64,000 bases of DNA, taken from contig NC_135761.1 of the NCBI RefSeq assembly GCF_052425735.1, positions 13,702,001 to 13,766,000 of the forward strand, read 5' to 3'. The notes under the pieces are model-generated. The model did no database searches. It was not told the origin of the DNA and saw nothing but the letters and a program-made list of their open reading frames with translations. This DNA is from Oculina patagonica. Its lineage: Eukaryota. A program made the position numbers and the translations under genes. Of the stretch, positions 12,333 to 25,937 are shown piece after piece (position 1 is the first letter of the stretch; every line of letters begins with the position of its first letter).

Positions 12333-14021
12333 TGGGTTCCCTCTTCTCCCTCCCCAACTTTTCATCCAGCCTTCTGAACAGCCCTTACCCAAGGCTGCCT
12401 GCCATGTGCTGTTATATGACACTAACATTCAGCTGTTTTATTCCGTTATGGGATGGGGGATAGATACAAAGGGGCGTCGGTCGGACCAGCGATGAAATTA
12501 TGTCAGATACCAGCCTTGTAAAGTAGTGTACAAAAATGCCGTGGAATAATGTAGTCTTTAGTTTTCTGTGGCCTTTCACAGGACTTTGTCAGTCAGTCAG
12601 TTAGCTGTAATGTTCTGGGCCGAGAAAAGGAGAATTTTGTTGGGGGTGGGGGACGGGGGATTTTGCGCGTGGTCTGTCTCCGCATTGCGTTCTTTGATTC
12701 TTTTTCTCTGTGAAACTACAAACTTTATCCTAGAAGTTGAATTTCTTATCACGAGTTCCCCTGTCTTTCGGAGCTGGGAACTTGAGCACTAAAATTTGCT
12801 AGTTCTTGAAAATATCAGAAGTGTGCAGGCAAAGAAAAAGTGTTTTTAAGGTTGTTGACGGATTTCAGTGTACAAAAAAATTCTTTTATTGTCTCTTAGA
12901 ACACAACGGCATGAGCTGAGGAAATTTCAGTCTTTCTTTTTAAGAAGTGTGAAACTCTTAAGAAATTTTCTTTCTTCTCTATGGTATCCGGTGGCCAAGT
13001 AAATTAAAAATATCCCCAAATTAGAAGTTATTTGTTATTTCTGAAATGAATGCATCAAAGGCTTTTTTTCAAGTTCTTGTTTGAAAGAAGCCAGCGGCAT
13101 TTCATTTGAGTAAACCGGGTAACCACGCCTTTTCTTTGTTTGCAGACATCCCATAATATCACTATCAAATCTGAATATTGTCCTTTTGAAGTGTGAATAA
13201 GTACATATAATAATTTAGATTTATATTATGAACATGGAAAGGCTTTTTAACTCACCCTTATTGGAAGGAAAACAATAGTCTAGGTGGCCAGAATTATAAC
13301 GTGACTGTAATTGTAATATTTGCCTCCTCCACAGTTCTAAACTCCCCGATTTCCATGTTTCGTTGATTGAAAACTATTCTGTTGCTTCTAGTTGCAAAAG
13401 CAGAAGCGAAGAAAGATAAAAAAAACAGAGAGACAAGTTATTAAGGCCTGGGGAGTTTTTTTTAAAAAGGAACCTGTCTCTTTGCTCTTAATTATCACAT
13501 GATGCTGTACAGTAAATATGTTCCTTGTTGGTGTTTGTGCCCCGTGAAAAAAATTGTATGTAGATTAGTTAATGTAGATTTAGTAGGCGATAGAGCAGCT
13601 CTGTCCCATTTCCCTTCTAATCATCGTTTTCTCTCCCCCCTTCCCCCCAAGAACTTGTTTTGTTCAGAAAAATTAGCTTGCAGAAATATGCTGCAATCTT
13701 CAACATATTGTATATTGAACCGGTCCGAGAAAAAAAAGAGAACACAGATCTTAATTTTTTGTGACATGCAAGATTGTATGTGTCAAGTCATGTCATGTGA
13801 GTCCGTGTGTTTGTTTGTCGTTTGTTCATTTGTATGTATGATTTAGTCTGCCTTGGTAGATCTAGTGGCTATCCCAGAATGCGAACAAAAAAGAAACCTC
13901 TTGGATCTGCTTTCAGAAGTATGACCCAAAACTTCCCAAATCAGTGATTAAGACAGTTGATATCAGAGTAACTATGTAGACGAGCTTTAAGCCGGAGCTG
14001 TCATATTAAGTTTTATGTCAA

Positions 14022-14027
14022 AATAAA
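14022..14027 (+). terminator. Candidate polyadenylation signal of GNAS (3'UTR ~1.7 kb)
   Basis: AATAAA followed by GT-rich sequence (gtgtcgtctttgtgtcgttt); inference without transcript data. Confidence 0.5.
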
Positions 14028-15318
14028 CTATTACTCAATAGTTCGTGTACAGTCAGAAAACGTGTCGTCTTTGTGTCGTTTATAGTTAAGCGAATGCGTG
14101 TTTGGGAATAACGCGTGCATCCTGAGCGCGTTTCTATTTCCCCCGGATCAGGTCGCTATGCTCGAACTCGCGTACACTAAGTTGATAAGGGGAAAGTCCT
14201 TGTTCTAAAAGCGCGTTGGGTAGATGGGTAAAAGGTGAAAAGCGAGATACGGTGGATCTGGAGAGATACGATGGATGTGTATTATTGTAAATTCTGCGTT
14301 CTTAAAGCGATTGTAGAAGTTCGTGGACTTCAGTGCATGCGAGTGTTGAACTTGTAGGTGAAGCGACCAGCATTCCTTCGCTCGAGATGCTTTTGGGCAA
14401 TTTTTCTGGGCACAATTTTTTCCAACTTCAAGTTGGGCGAAAAGATTTGCTTGGCTTATTCCTCTCTTTTAGCCGGTGTCCTGCTTAGCGGAGTTTTCTC
14501 TGTTTTTACTGTCCAAGTACTTTTTAACATTTCAAGTGGTATTGAACCATAGAAATGTGTCCGCTATTGCAATGACTGATTAACTTCCAGAGGAACTTGA
14601 ATTTTTTATGACACCAAATTGCCTGAAAAAGTGTGTTGCGTTACCTTTGGAACTTTGGGTGGCGTTTTCCTCCACGCAGAATGTCCGGCTACAACAGGAA
14701 TAGCGGCGTGCACATCAACCTACGCGCGCGTGTAAATGATCCTAATTAAGTCGTGTCGCAGGCCTGTCGTAAGTTTGTTGCATGCGAGAAAGTCGTACCG
14801 TGTAAATCGGCCCTTCAATACGTTTTACTTTTTTCTGATGAGCTGAAATTCATTTTAAAATTCAGCCTTGCTAGATTTTCCTTCTAGTAAATAGTGACAG
14901 CGACGTCGTCAGCAAAAGATAGAGCGACCATTGCTGGCGTCTTGTTCAAACAAATAAAGCATTCTAATGTTTCAAAATTTGAAAGCATAGTATGCTTTTG
15001 TATTATTATTTTTTTTCAATAAAGGACCATCTTTTGCAGTATAAACGCACTCCGAATCGTTGTAACTTGATAAAGTCTAGTGTAACATCTTTTTGGTATT
15101 TTGACAACATTGTGAAGCGTTCCATCTTTATAACGTGAACAATTAAAATTTCAGGATGTCGCATGCAGGATGGTTAGAGTTTCTGCCTGTGTAGTTTGTT
15201 CTATCAATTCTGCCTTCTGCAATACGTAGATTTTGATCGGACAAATCGAACGTCGCATCAGAAACTTGTCAACAAGGCTATGTATAAAAATTGAATCGTG
15301 AGACGCTCTCCCGTGAAA

Positions 15319-16984
15319 GAGTATAGCTAACTGTCGTGGGTCGTGGGTCGTGGGTGTGGGTAAAGTCGTGGGTGTGGGTAAAAGTCGTGGGTAAACAAAA
15401 AATAAAAAAAAATAAAAATAAAAAAAATTGAAATTGAAAAATCGCTTTGTGTACTTTGGAAATAGAATTGGTACGGTTGTTGTTAGACTAGGGATTAAAG
15501 AAAAGAAGAAACGTAACGTCCATACCTTTGCTCCGTAAAGTCAAGTTTAAGCGGTTCAAAGGCTTGTATTTTGCCCCTGCACATGTAGTGCCCACTCCTT
15601 CGCTCTCGTCAATGTAACTATAGAGAGCCTGGATCAGGCTAGGCTAGCGCTAGGCTAGGCGCGCTATATTTTTGTGTCTGGTCGACATGTTTACAGCCAA
15701 GAGTAGCGCCGCTTGATATTTTTAAGCAACTTGATTTTGTCTTGAATAACAGCTGTTTTATTCCAAAAATAATACCTTAATGACCACGATGGTTTATTCA
15801 GAAAAATCTATTTTCCCGACCGAGGCTAATGAGGGACGGAGTGATTTTTTCTTGGAAAGGGGATATGAAAATTTTTTCTCTGCAATTTTTTTAAGTGTTT
15901 GCACCTCTACAAACATTTTTTTTTTATAAATATTGTGTTTGCAAACAGTTTATTAAGGATTTCAAGGCCCGACAAACATTTTTTTAAATATTTTCACCCC
16001 CCCCCCCCTCCAAAATAATGGTCCGTCCCTTAGAGAGGGAGTGAGGGAGGTGGCGTAAAAAAGAGGCAGACTTTAAAGAGCTTTATAGTATTTTATTTCT
16101 TTTGAGGTGAAAATTAAAACAGACACAAGAAAAACATTATTTCACTCTGAAAACATTTCTCTTTGTAAAACAAAGCTACTTTTTAAACGGTAGGGCTAGG
16201 CTTTTATTACAGAGCACCGGCTTCTCTGATTCCTAGGTTCCAATTCCTCTGTCTGTCCTTTTTTGAGGTTGACATTCTTTCCCACGGCCACTGCACGCTC
16301 ATATCGGTATTTTTAAGGCGTCATGGAAACTGAACAAAGGATAGTAAAACTTAAATCATTCGCCTTTTCGACCGACGATCCGGAAGAAAACAACGTGCTG
16401 CGAGGTTATCCTGAGAATTACCCTTTATTACCCCTGAGAATTATTCAGTCGATCGATAATGGATTCCGATAGCGACTCTTCTATTTCGTAAGCGGATGTA
16501 GTGAAACGAGATTCTCCGAGAACTTCACCACCGCGCCTAAGCAACAGCTGCTGGCTCAAATTCCAAGTTTACTTCAATAAAGCAACTTATCAAGCGGCGC
16601 TACTCTTGGCTGTGAACATGTCGACCAGACACAAAAATATAGCGCGCCTAGCCTAGCCTAGCCTAGCCTGATCCAGGCGAGCGAAGGTGGGCACTACATG
16701 TGCAGGGGCAAAATACAAGCCTTTGAACCGCTTAAACTTGACTTTACGGAGCAAAGGTATGGACGTTACGTTTCTTCTTTTCTTTAATCCCTAGTCTAAC
16801 AACAACCGTACCAATTCTATTTCCAAAGTACACAAAGCGATTTTTCAATTTCAATTTTTTTTATTTTTATTTATTTATTTTTTTTTGTTTACCCACGACT
16901 TTTACCCACACCCACGACTTTACCCACACCCACGACCCACGACTTCCACCCACGACCCACGACCCACGACAGTTAGCTATACTC
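15319..16984. mobile_element. Foldback / Mutator-like non-autonomous element with ~400 bp TIRs
   Basis: 15319-15718 is the reverse complement of ~16588-16984; tandem gtcgtgg subrepeats; 9-bp flanks cccgtgaaa / accgtgtaa (7/9 match). Confidence 0.85.
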
Positions 16985-17530
16985 ACCGTGTAACAGTTGG
17001 CGTACGTTACTTAAAAATCCAGTTCATTCCCGTCCGGCCCCCAGAGCCACTTGTCTCTCTAAGCACATGTTTTGATTGGCTAGATTTAAGCCAATCAGAT
17101 CAACCGTTATACTAAAATTCCCCTACAACAAAGGGTTTTTTAAAACGGTTGTTTTGATTTGCTAGATTTAAATTTTCCATTTTGTGAACATGTTGTGAAC
17201 ATGTTATCAATTAGTAGGAAATGCACCGTGCTGCAGTTTGTAAATCCGTGAATGTCATTGGTTCCGCCTGTCATTGAATTATCGCTGATATTTATGCTAC
17301 AAGTACGCGTGTTTTTCTGTACTGTGTAATGACAAAGTAACTGGACCCCTGTTTCTTTTAATTCTATAAAGTATGAAAGCCTTTTTGTTTACTGTTGTTG
17401 GATAAAACCACGGCAAAATAAACGAATAGACTTCGTGCTTCCTTAATACAGTCAATTCGCCAAGCCTCGTATCGTTGTCTAGAGTAAAATTAAGCTCGTA
17501 GACACTTAAAGACACCACTAGCTCAAGGAT

Positions 17531-17630
17531 TAGTCTGAAATTCAGCCGTCCTCTCGTCCCTAACCCCCCAACGGAGGCGCGCCCCTCCGTTGGGGGGTTA
17601 GGGACGAGAGGACGGCTGAATTTCAGACTA
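17531..17630. mobile_element. 100-bp palindromic MITE with 10-bp TSD
   Basis: perfect 47-bp arms and a 6-nt loop; gctcaaggat at 17521-17530 and 17631-17640. Confidence 0.92.
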
Positions 17631-18334
17631 GCTCAAGGATTTGATTCTCGACCGAACCGAATTGTTTAATTCTCCTTTCGCCAGGTCTTTCTCACTATCA
17701 TCTTCCAAGTCCACTTTTTAAACTCACTCCAGGCTTTCTTGATCATACCAATCCAATATGGTAGCTAAGAAATTCGATTGAAATATATTCAACACTACCC
17801 GACAAAAAATACGCCTGCTATGCAGGCCGTTCATCATTTTGCCCTCTAAAAATTACAAGGTATAAACCAGCTAAACCCCCAACGGGGTAGGCACCCCCTA
17901 GTTTAGAGGCTATTGCAGGTCTGATAATAGATCATGAGTAGCCTTTCGTCTTTGCCATCCCTGCCTTCTTTGGCCCTTCGTTACAGAGCCTCTTAGCTGA
18001 TAATGGGTCTGGAAAAGGACGTATTTTGGTCTAAAAAGGGTCCCGATTGGGAGAGCCGAGCGGCATACACCGACCATACACCGACCAAGGAGTACCCCCG
18101 AGGAAAGGAACCTTTTTCAAAACAAATAATTGTGTGCCAGACTCAACAGCTATTAGCGAAAGATTTCATTAAGCAAGTAATTTCTTTTCAATTATTTTAT
18201 ACTGCGGTGGAGGGACTTCCCGCGTATTTCCCCTGCAGGTCACGTTATAAATATGCAAATCTTATCAGTTATTTTTCAAAACAAACATTTGACTTGCCTT
18301 TGTCTTGTTAACTCTACGTTTCCTAAAGGCAACG

Positions 18335-18567
18335 ATGAAAATTATTATCTATTTGGCAGTTTTTATCGTTAAAGTGATACTTGGGACTCCTGTTTCCTTC
18401 AATGGCGAAGGATTCATTTCCTTTGATTTGAAAACAATACCAACCAACACTCGACAGTCTATTCTACAGTTAAGATTCCGTACAATCCACCCGAATGGTC
18501 TTCTAGCGTACAGTAAAGGAACGAAGGGACACTTTTTGCGACTGGAGATTATCAAGGGAAGATTACA
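18335..18567 (+). CDS. Caspr/Neurexin-IV-like paralog 1, exon 1 (signal peptide + start of LamG1)
   Basis: MKIIIYLAVFIVKVILG signal peptide; SFNGEGFISF...LRFRTIHPNGLL LamG motif; phase-2 donor gtaagt. Confidence 0.88.
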
Positions 18568-18894
18568 GTAAGTAAAAGTTGGTCTTAAATTGTCACGTGG
18601 AGTGGAAGGCAGTAGTTACTTTTGAATTCGGATTCCATTGTTTGGTCTGAGATCAAGAATAGCGTTCGTATCGAAGTTTTTCCTGAATTGATCATTTTAT
18701 CACTCAAGTTGCCCTCTCTAGCTTTTAAGTCTTGCTACTCAGAGTCAAATGATGCACTTTAGAGCCTGTGCTCTCCTAGAGCATTTCCTCAAATCAAAAC
18801 ATGTGCAAAGCATCTCATTCGACTGATTTAATCTTTACGTTAATATCTATCATTTCGTAGGAATCTAATCCGACTACAGAATGAGTTTCTTTAA

Positions 18895-19663
18895 AGTGCC
18901 TATGAAGTAAAAATTAATTAATGCTCATTTGAAAGACTTTTACAAATAAAGAAGAATGGCGTTTACCGTTTTGAAATATCTTCTTTCGTTTAGGAGATAT
19001 TCACGTTTTTGTGTTATGCAAATGAGGAAAGTGATGACGTCATAAATTGTTCCACTAAAAGATAGATCACAAAATCAAGGATATCTCTAAAAATATAAAG
19101 GTGATATTTCTGAAACTTGGCATCAGTAGTGACCTTCCTTAAAGGTGCAAGATGGCTCATACTATGACGTAACCATGGCAACACTATTGGTTCCAGGCTC
19201 TTTCTGACATAAACCAAACATCTCAATTTGCAACCCTTTAAAGTGGGACAGAGGGTCCAGCTTGGAACACACATAATGCCCTATTACCCTAACTCTCCTC
19301 ATGAGCTTGTTGGGTGTGGATCATCTTTGATTAAGCAAAAACTGGGGATATCAGTATTAATTAAAATAGGTATTTGCAGCAAAACTGTTGCCATGGCAAC
19401 GGCACGACAGGTGTCATTTTATGTCTTTTATGGTGTACATTTATCGTGCCAAGTTTGAAGAACTCAGCTCGAATATTCCAAGAGATATTCTTGATTCAAT
19501 GCTTCATCTTTTTGTGGAACAATTAACTTCGCTCATTTGCATAATATAAAAACGTAAATATCTCTAAAACAAAAAAAGATATTGCAAAAAGGAAAACGCC
19601 ATTCTTCTTTACTTTGAAAGGCCTTTAAAATAAACAGCAATTATTTTTTACTTCATAGGCACT
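18895..19663. mobile_element. Non-autonomous TTAA-TSD transposon (Kolobok-like)
   Basis: ttaa|agtgcctatgaagtaaaaa ... tttttacttcataggcact|ttaa with imperfect ~130 bp TIRs. Confidence 0.8.
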
Positions 19664-21324
19664 TTAAGTTTCCAAATAATTCACCAATGTCAGTTCAAGT
19701 CAGTCACGTGGTTAGATCTCTGATTTCTTGCATCAAAATGTGCTGTTTTGAAGACTGAGAAAAAGTGATTGCGAAGAAGTTAAGTTTTTGATTTAATCGT
19801 TTTCGTCGAAAGCTGAAATGACTGATCAACATTTTTCCTTTATTACCCACACAATAAGTGGTTAGTAGCTAGGTTTTCGATATTCGCCGGAAAGTCCGTT
19901 GCGACAGAACTACAAGTAGGTCGATTTTCATTCCGCATTTTAATGTCGTTTCTACTAATTTCTGGAAGACATTTAAAAATTTTATAAGAGAAATACTAAT
20001 AGTGACCACCAACCACAAAATATCCGTTCACATAGTAGTGCTTAAGAACAAGCGAAAACAGTTTTGTTTTTGAAACGAACAGTTGTATTTTAGAGGGCTT
20101 TTTGATTAAATGAAATCCGATTTGAAATGGCTTTCTTATTCTCAAACTTGAATCAGATAACGTATTTACTTTTGCACTGAACTGTATGATTTGTGTAAAA
20201 AAGAATTGTTTTTCAATTATTGAATATTGTATGAGAAAATCATTGAATGCAATAGGCTGTATAAATGAGCTGATTCAAACAATTCTTAAACCTCTTCACT
20301 CCATTAGGTTTAACCATTTTATTTCATTATTTTTGTGGTACTGTCAAGTTTATTATTTTTAGCAGGACGAATTCAGCAAGTCCAGCCATATAAATTAGAA
20401 CAATAATTTTTTTGTTAAGAATTTTTTTTTAGGGGAAAAATTGGTTCTTTTTTTTTTTACAATAATTTTCTAGTAAATTAGAACATATTGGTTCACACAG
20501 TCTTTATATAGATCGAGTTCCTAAATAGACCAATTTTTTTTTCGATCGTAAATTACACCTTTTTAAAATAAGTAACAAGAAATACAGTGTTTTCGTTTCG
20601 AGAGTTAGTGTAAACAATCGTTGTCAAATAATTTAACTAAATTTTAAAATTTTGACATGTTCGCAGTCTGCATAGTTCCTAAGAACCTGGCGAAGGACTT
20701 GACTGTGCCAATCGAATTTGAGACTGCTCCAAAACATGCTCCTTATTTGGAGCATATCACGTGACCTTGTTAATCAAAGAAATCTGTCGTGCAAATCGTG
20801 TTTAAAACACTTTTACATTCAAAATCTATGCATAAGGTCCGTACCGCAATGTTTCAATTGAGCGTCCTGGGCGTAAATTTACTTATGAAAAAATTCAAGA
20901 AGAAATACATTCAAGACAACGACTTCGCATCAGTTCGCATTCAATCAAGAATTTAGTGTTCGAGGATGTTCAATTCATGTATATCACGTGACAAGTTTGG
21001 TCCCAGTTTTCAACATACCCGCTTAATCTTTCTACTCTATGTCAATCGCTTTGGCAATATGAGCGCTTAAGTATTGGAGGGGGGCACTTATTGGGATAAG
21101 GGCGCTAATTCACTCAAGGGGGAGTGCTTATTAGAAAAGGGACGCTTATTGGAATCGAATCGAATCATTACAGTAAGTCTCTCTAAAATTGCGTCCATCT
21201 GTCTCACTTTAGACAACCTTAGGAAGCCTCTTTCACAAAACCTCCGATTTAGACAGGATCGAAATTCAGATTTTGAATTCCGTAATGCTAAAAATAATTC
21301 CTTTTCTTCTTCTTTCTTATTCAG

Positions 21325-23206
21325 TTATTCTTCATATCTTGGTGGAAGTCACCAGGGCGGCATTTCCACCATCACCTCACCAAGTAAAGACCTGAATGAT
21401 GACAAATGGCACAATGTTACGCTCACCAGAGAGGGACGGAAATCTGTTTTGTCTGTTGACGAGATCGCTACATCCAACATTTTTCAAGGAGATTACAAAG
21501 ACCTCGACTTGGTGAATGTCCTTTTCATCGGCGGAATGAAAGCAGAAAGTGACCAGCTCTTTCGCGTCAAAGCAACAAAACATTTCCGTGGTTGCCTTGA
21601 AGATGTGAAGTATGACAGCACAGATATCCTACTTGGCGCCATGATGGGTCTAAATGGGATTGCAACTCGTGGAGAAATTTCATTTAAGTGTAGATCCAGA
21701 CCAAATCGCATCATTTCTAGCACAAAACCGAATTTAAGCGTTAGGATACCTCACCGAAGATTGAGCACTGCCAATTTCTTCACTACAAGTTTTCAATTCC
21801 GCACGCACATCAAAGATGGTCTTCTTATTTCGTTCATCGCTCCTAAACTTAAGTGTTATCTTCTTCTCTCGAACAGCGCACTTGTCTTTGAAGTCACCGC
21901 TGTCAGCGGGTCTAAGACAGAGCTGAGACTGGGCTCTAACCTTGATGATAGTGAATGGCATCGACTGATACTAAGTCTCGCAGGCTCGGAAATTCGCTTT
22001 GGTCTTGATGGACAAGTTACAACAAAGCACGTTAATTACACTCGGTTGATTATGGGTTCCACGAGCAAGCTTCGACCAAAGATTTTTCTTGGCAAAGAAA
22101 GCAGAAGGGAAACGGTGGCATTGGGGTTTGTTGGGTGCATCTTAGATTTGAAAGTTCAAGACCGTGAAATACTTTTTAGGGATCTAAAAAGCAGAAATAG
22201 CCAGAATACCATCTTGAGATCATGTCATTTGCAGAATCGATGTGATCCCAATCCGTGCAAGAACAGAGGACAATGCTCGCAGGACTGGAAGCAGTTTTAT
22301 TGTAATTGTGATTACACAGAATTTGAAGGCAAACTCTGCGAAATTTCTGTTTACAAACCAACTTGCGAGGACTACAGATCTATGGGACTACGGGCCAGCA
22401 CTTTTTGCCTGTTGGACTCAGAGGGAATAGGAAACCCTTACACTGCACTCTGTAACGTGACAAACCCGTCACGAACATACACGGTTGTAACACATAACAA
22501 AATGACGGAAACTCCAGTGGGAAGGGCAAATCTTGATTTTTCGGGCTTGTTTTACAAACATGAAGTATCCTATACCGGTCCCACTGGAATGAATCAGATC
22601 AAGGCATTGACTCAAAAGAGCAAGCACTGCCGACAGTACATAAGGTTTCACTGCTTTGGCTCAAAACTTCTTAACACGCCTCGCGGACCCTCGCACGCTT
22701 TCTGGTTATCACGTGACGGCAATAGGCAAGAGTACTGGGGCGGAGCTGAACCCGGAAGTAAAAAGTGTGCATGTGGAATGGCAGATCCACCGTCCTGTGC
22801 AGGGAGAGCAAAATTCTGCAATTGTGATGTCAGGGATGAAAATTGGCGAGTGGATGAGGGGTACTTACGAGACAAAAGCACTCTACCGGTCACTGCTCTT
22901 CTTTTTTCTAAGAAAAGTAAGAGATCCGACTTTACACTTGGACCCTTGGAATGCTGGGGAAATGAAGGCGAAGAGTCAACAGAATCCATGGAAGAAAAGT
23001 TAAAAGCAAACCCGGTGGACTATCGATTAATGAAGGCGTGCCCCACAGGACCAAAGTTGCAGACGACAGTTAACGGAATCTACCGCGTGTCACAGCAACC
23101 CCAGAGCCGATCCCAAAGGCACCAGAAAAAACGTCTTGTAACTCTGGAAGTGCAACAATTCAAAAATGCCAAAACTTCTCCTCAAGCACTCGAAAGAAAA
23201 CAATAG
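21325..23206 (+). CDS. Caspr/Neurexin-IV-like paralog 1, exon 2 (LamG-LamG-EGF-fibrinogen-like); stops before the TM
   Basis: polypyrimidine acceptor at 21323-24 in frame with exon 1; LNDDKWHNV, FRGCL, CDPNPCKNRGQC, YWGGAEPGSKKCACG...CNCD motifs; spliced product 704 aa. Confidence 0.88.
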
Positions 23207-23302
23207 GTCCAGTATCAGGATCTGAAGATCACGGAAATTTGAGCCAGAACAGTTCCCAGCAAGCAAATGAGACTGCAATAGCAACAAGGATGGAGAAAGC
23301 AC

Positions 23303-23461
23303 GAAGGAGATGGTTTGTCAACAGTTGCTATTATCTTGATAGCTGGCGCACTGTTAATGTTTATTGCTTTGTTTATTGCACTTGACAGGATCAATCGTAA
23401 ATACAAATCTCCTTTCCCTTGTAAATTTGTACAAGCGCCGAAGATCCATGTTGCTGATTGA
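23303..23461 (+). pseudogene. Stranded TM + cytoplasmic tail of paralog 1
   Basis: EGDGLSTVAIILIAGALLMFIALFIALDRINRKYK...* resembles paralog 2 EIEMSTLAIVMISAAL; separated from the main ORF by three in-frame stops. Confidence 0.75.
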
Positions 23462-24147
23462 CTGAGAAACTTCTGTGATAGTTGGATGTTAGACTTAAGC
23501 GAGGTGCCCTGACAGAGGGCTGGATACTCAGTGTCTTTACACAGTCAATATGTAGATATGAGAGATGTGTAGATTTTCCTTTTTAAAAAGGCGTGTCTCA
23601 GTACTTCCAATAGCTTTCAACTGTGTCTGGGTCTTATTATCTTTGGCGAGCGATTCGTTATAACCCTTAGAGTGTACACTACACGGAGAGGCTCCGCCCG
23701 AAAGGGGTACCTTTTTTTCAGGCTCGAGGTATACAATGGGGTAGAGAGTTGAGATAGAAAAAGAAAAAGAAGGGAAAACTGTATTAAGATTTTTTTAAGT
23801 CCTTATAAATTATCTCGAACAGACGCATTGAATGAGAACGGGGTTGGTTATTCGAGTGAAACGTTTTGAAAATAGATACACTATCCCTATTGTAGACAGA
23901 TGTCTAAACGTAGGTACGACCATTCGGTCATACATCATGTAAATACAATGTTAATATCTGTATTAGTCTCAGAACACGACTTCCTAAGAGCACTTTCCTA
24001 AGTTCGTCATCGTTTTCAAAAAGATTCTTGCTAAGCAGCATTTATAATATTGCTGATATGCTCTGGTCTTTCGTTCTGGTTTGTCCTTACCACTAGCTGT
24101 AGTAATTTGTGATATTTTTTTTGTCCCGATTACAGTTTAGTTTGTGA

Positions 24148-24445
24148 GGAGGCCCGATGGCGCAGTGGTGAGAGCGCTCGCCTCCCACTCGAATGTGGCC
24201 CGGGTTCGATTCCCAGCCCGGGCGCTCGTATGTGGTTTGAGCTTGTTACTTGGTTCTCACAGTGCCTCTGCTCCCGAGGTGTTAAATTTGTACCGGCGAA
24301 TTTACTGCCGGGGTTTTCCTCCCATCCAGGGCAAAAATCAACACCTCTAAATTCGCAATTCGATCGGGAATCCGAGGGCCACAGGTTTGTCAGTCGAAAG
24401 ACTGTATGGGCCACTCGGCTCGTAAAACAGAGTTTATTTTTTTGT
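24148..24445 (+). mobile_element. tRNA-derived SINE
   Basis: A-box tggcgcagtgg, B-box ggttcgattcc; same family as 7805-8068. Confidence 0.8.
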
Positions 24446-25224
24446 TTTGTTTTAGTTTTTGTTTCCTTTTTTTCCCTTTTCCATTCTTTTCTTTTAATCT
24501 TGCCGATTGGTTCCCAGCATGAGACCTTGTATCCCTTTCCTACTAAGTCGTTTGGACATTTTTTCCTTTCATTGTATTTGAAATGTATGGGTAGTTATAG
24601 TCACCCGATAAAACTGTAAAAAATCTATTTAAAACTCTATCATTATATTATACTAGCCAGGCCTGTGACGTCAAAAGTTAGAAGCGATATCGGCATTACA
24701 GGAAGGGGACTCACCTGTTATTGGTTTCAGGTTGAAAGGATTTTAAGATTTTATGGCTGCAACATATATCTTATATAATTAATTACTACCATTGAGGATG
24801 TATAGATAAAATAACTAAACGGCGAGGTTGGAAAAATCTTTCCAGTGTTTCTGATTCTTTGGTCCAGACTAAATTATCTTACTTTCTATAAAACGCCAGT
24901 GCTCCTATACTTATGTGAACTAATATCCTTGCCAGAAAAAATGGACTTAACGTTTTAAACATAAGAGGGTCATGGGAATAGTTGATGAAAAATTATAATT
25001 AAAAAATTGTAGTTATTAGGTTTGTTTAGTGCCATTCAGTGGTATGTGTTCAAAAAAATAAATCCGCTTAGCTTGTTGTAAAACACTGAACAATGTCGAT
25101 TCACGAGGGTGAAAACACGTCATCTGAGTGGGAAAGCGTGACCGCAAGCTCTATCTACCTCTCCCACTGAATTAGTTTTAAGCCCATGCCTTTATCTCTT
25201 GGAATACTCATTCAAGCAACACCC

Positions 25225-25280
25225 TAGTCTCCTTCGCAGCTGTTATTTGGGATGTCACGCAACGGCTGCGAAGGACACTA
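25225..25280. mobile_element. Tiny palindromic MITE
   Basis: tagtctccttcgcagc...gctgcgaaggacacta with caacaccc direct flanks; related copy at ~33323-33365. Confidence 0.75.
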
Positions 25281-25844
25281 TCAACACCCTGGCTTATAGT
25301 CACTTGCTGATTATAATGACACCCATTTTCCTTTGGTGGGACCAAAATTTATCATTTCTAACCGATCCGACTGTTTATTGTTCTAGTCTTCTGCCACGTT
25401 ACCGTTCATGTCTGATGCAGCGTAACTAAAACGAATATTTTTGTGGTTATACCTGTCCAGCCTGTTCTGTGTAAAAAGCTAACCTTTAACTGAAGAACTC
25501 TTGAGATAGAGCAAGAAAGAGCCAAACTTCACTTCGCCCCACCTCCCCCCGCCCTCCTCTTACCAGGTATGTAAGAAAAGTTCATTGCGCAGTTAATAGC
25601 GCTGCGCACTTATGATGTCACAGAATTTTATCCCGCGGCGTGACTGAGACAACGAAACCGCTCTCCGTAAGAGCAATGTATGACAAAACGGAGTTAGTGT
25701 TCACTTCGGAGGCAGATTTAGCGATTGTTTCACCATACGATTGCAAAGGATTACACGTGCACCTTGACATTTGCAACTTATTCAGGTTTCTTCTTGCAAA
25801 TCATCTTTTTAAAACTAACGTGCTTTGATGGCGCAAGGGCTGCA

Positions 25845-25928
25845 CATTCTCGTCCCCATAGCCCTTTCGTTTCTCTTAGCCGGCTAGCCCTTGGCACGTT
25901 TTCTCGTGCCAAGCCGGCTAAGAGAATG
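25845..25928. mobile_element. Deleted palindromic MITE (family of 49176-49462)
   Basis: cattctcgtcccc...gagaatg flanked by gggctgca direct repeats. Confidence 0.75.
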
Positions 25929-25937
25929 GGGCTGCAC

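Noticed and set aside
15330-15395. CRISPR-like or telomere-like short repeats (gtcgtgg)n
   Set aside because: No unique spacers, eukaryotic context, and the repeats are part of a TIR
21074-21324. N-terminal 84 aa of the 710-aa ORF
   Set aside because: Intronic: overlaps a transposon remnant and the polypyrimidine tract; the true N-terminus is exon 18335-18567
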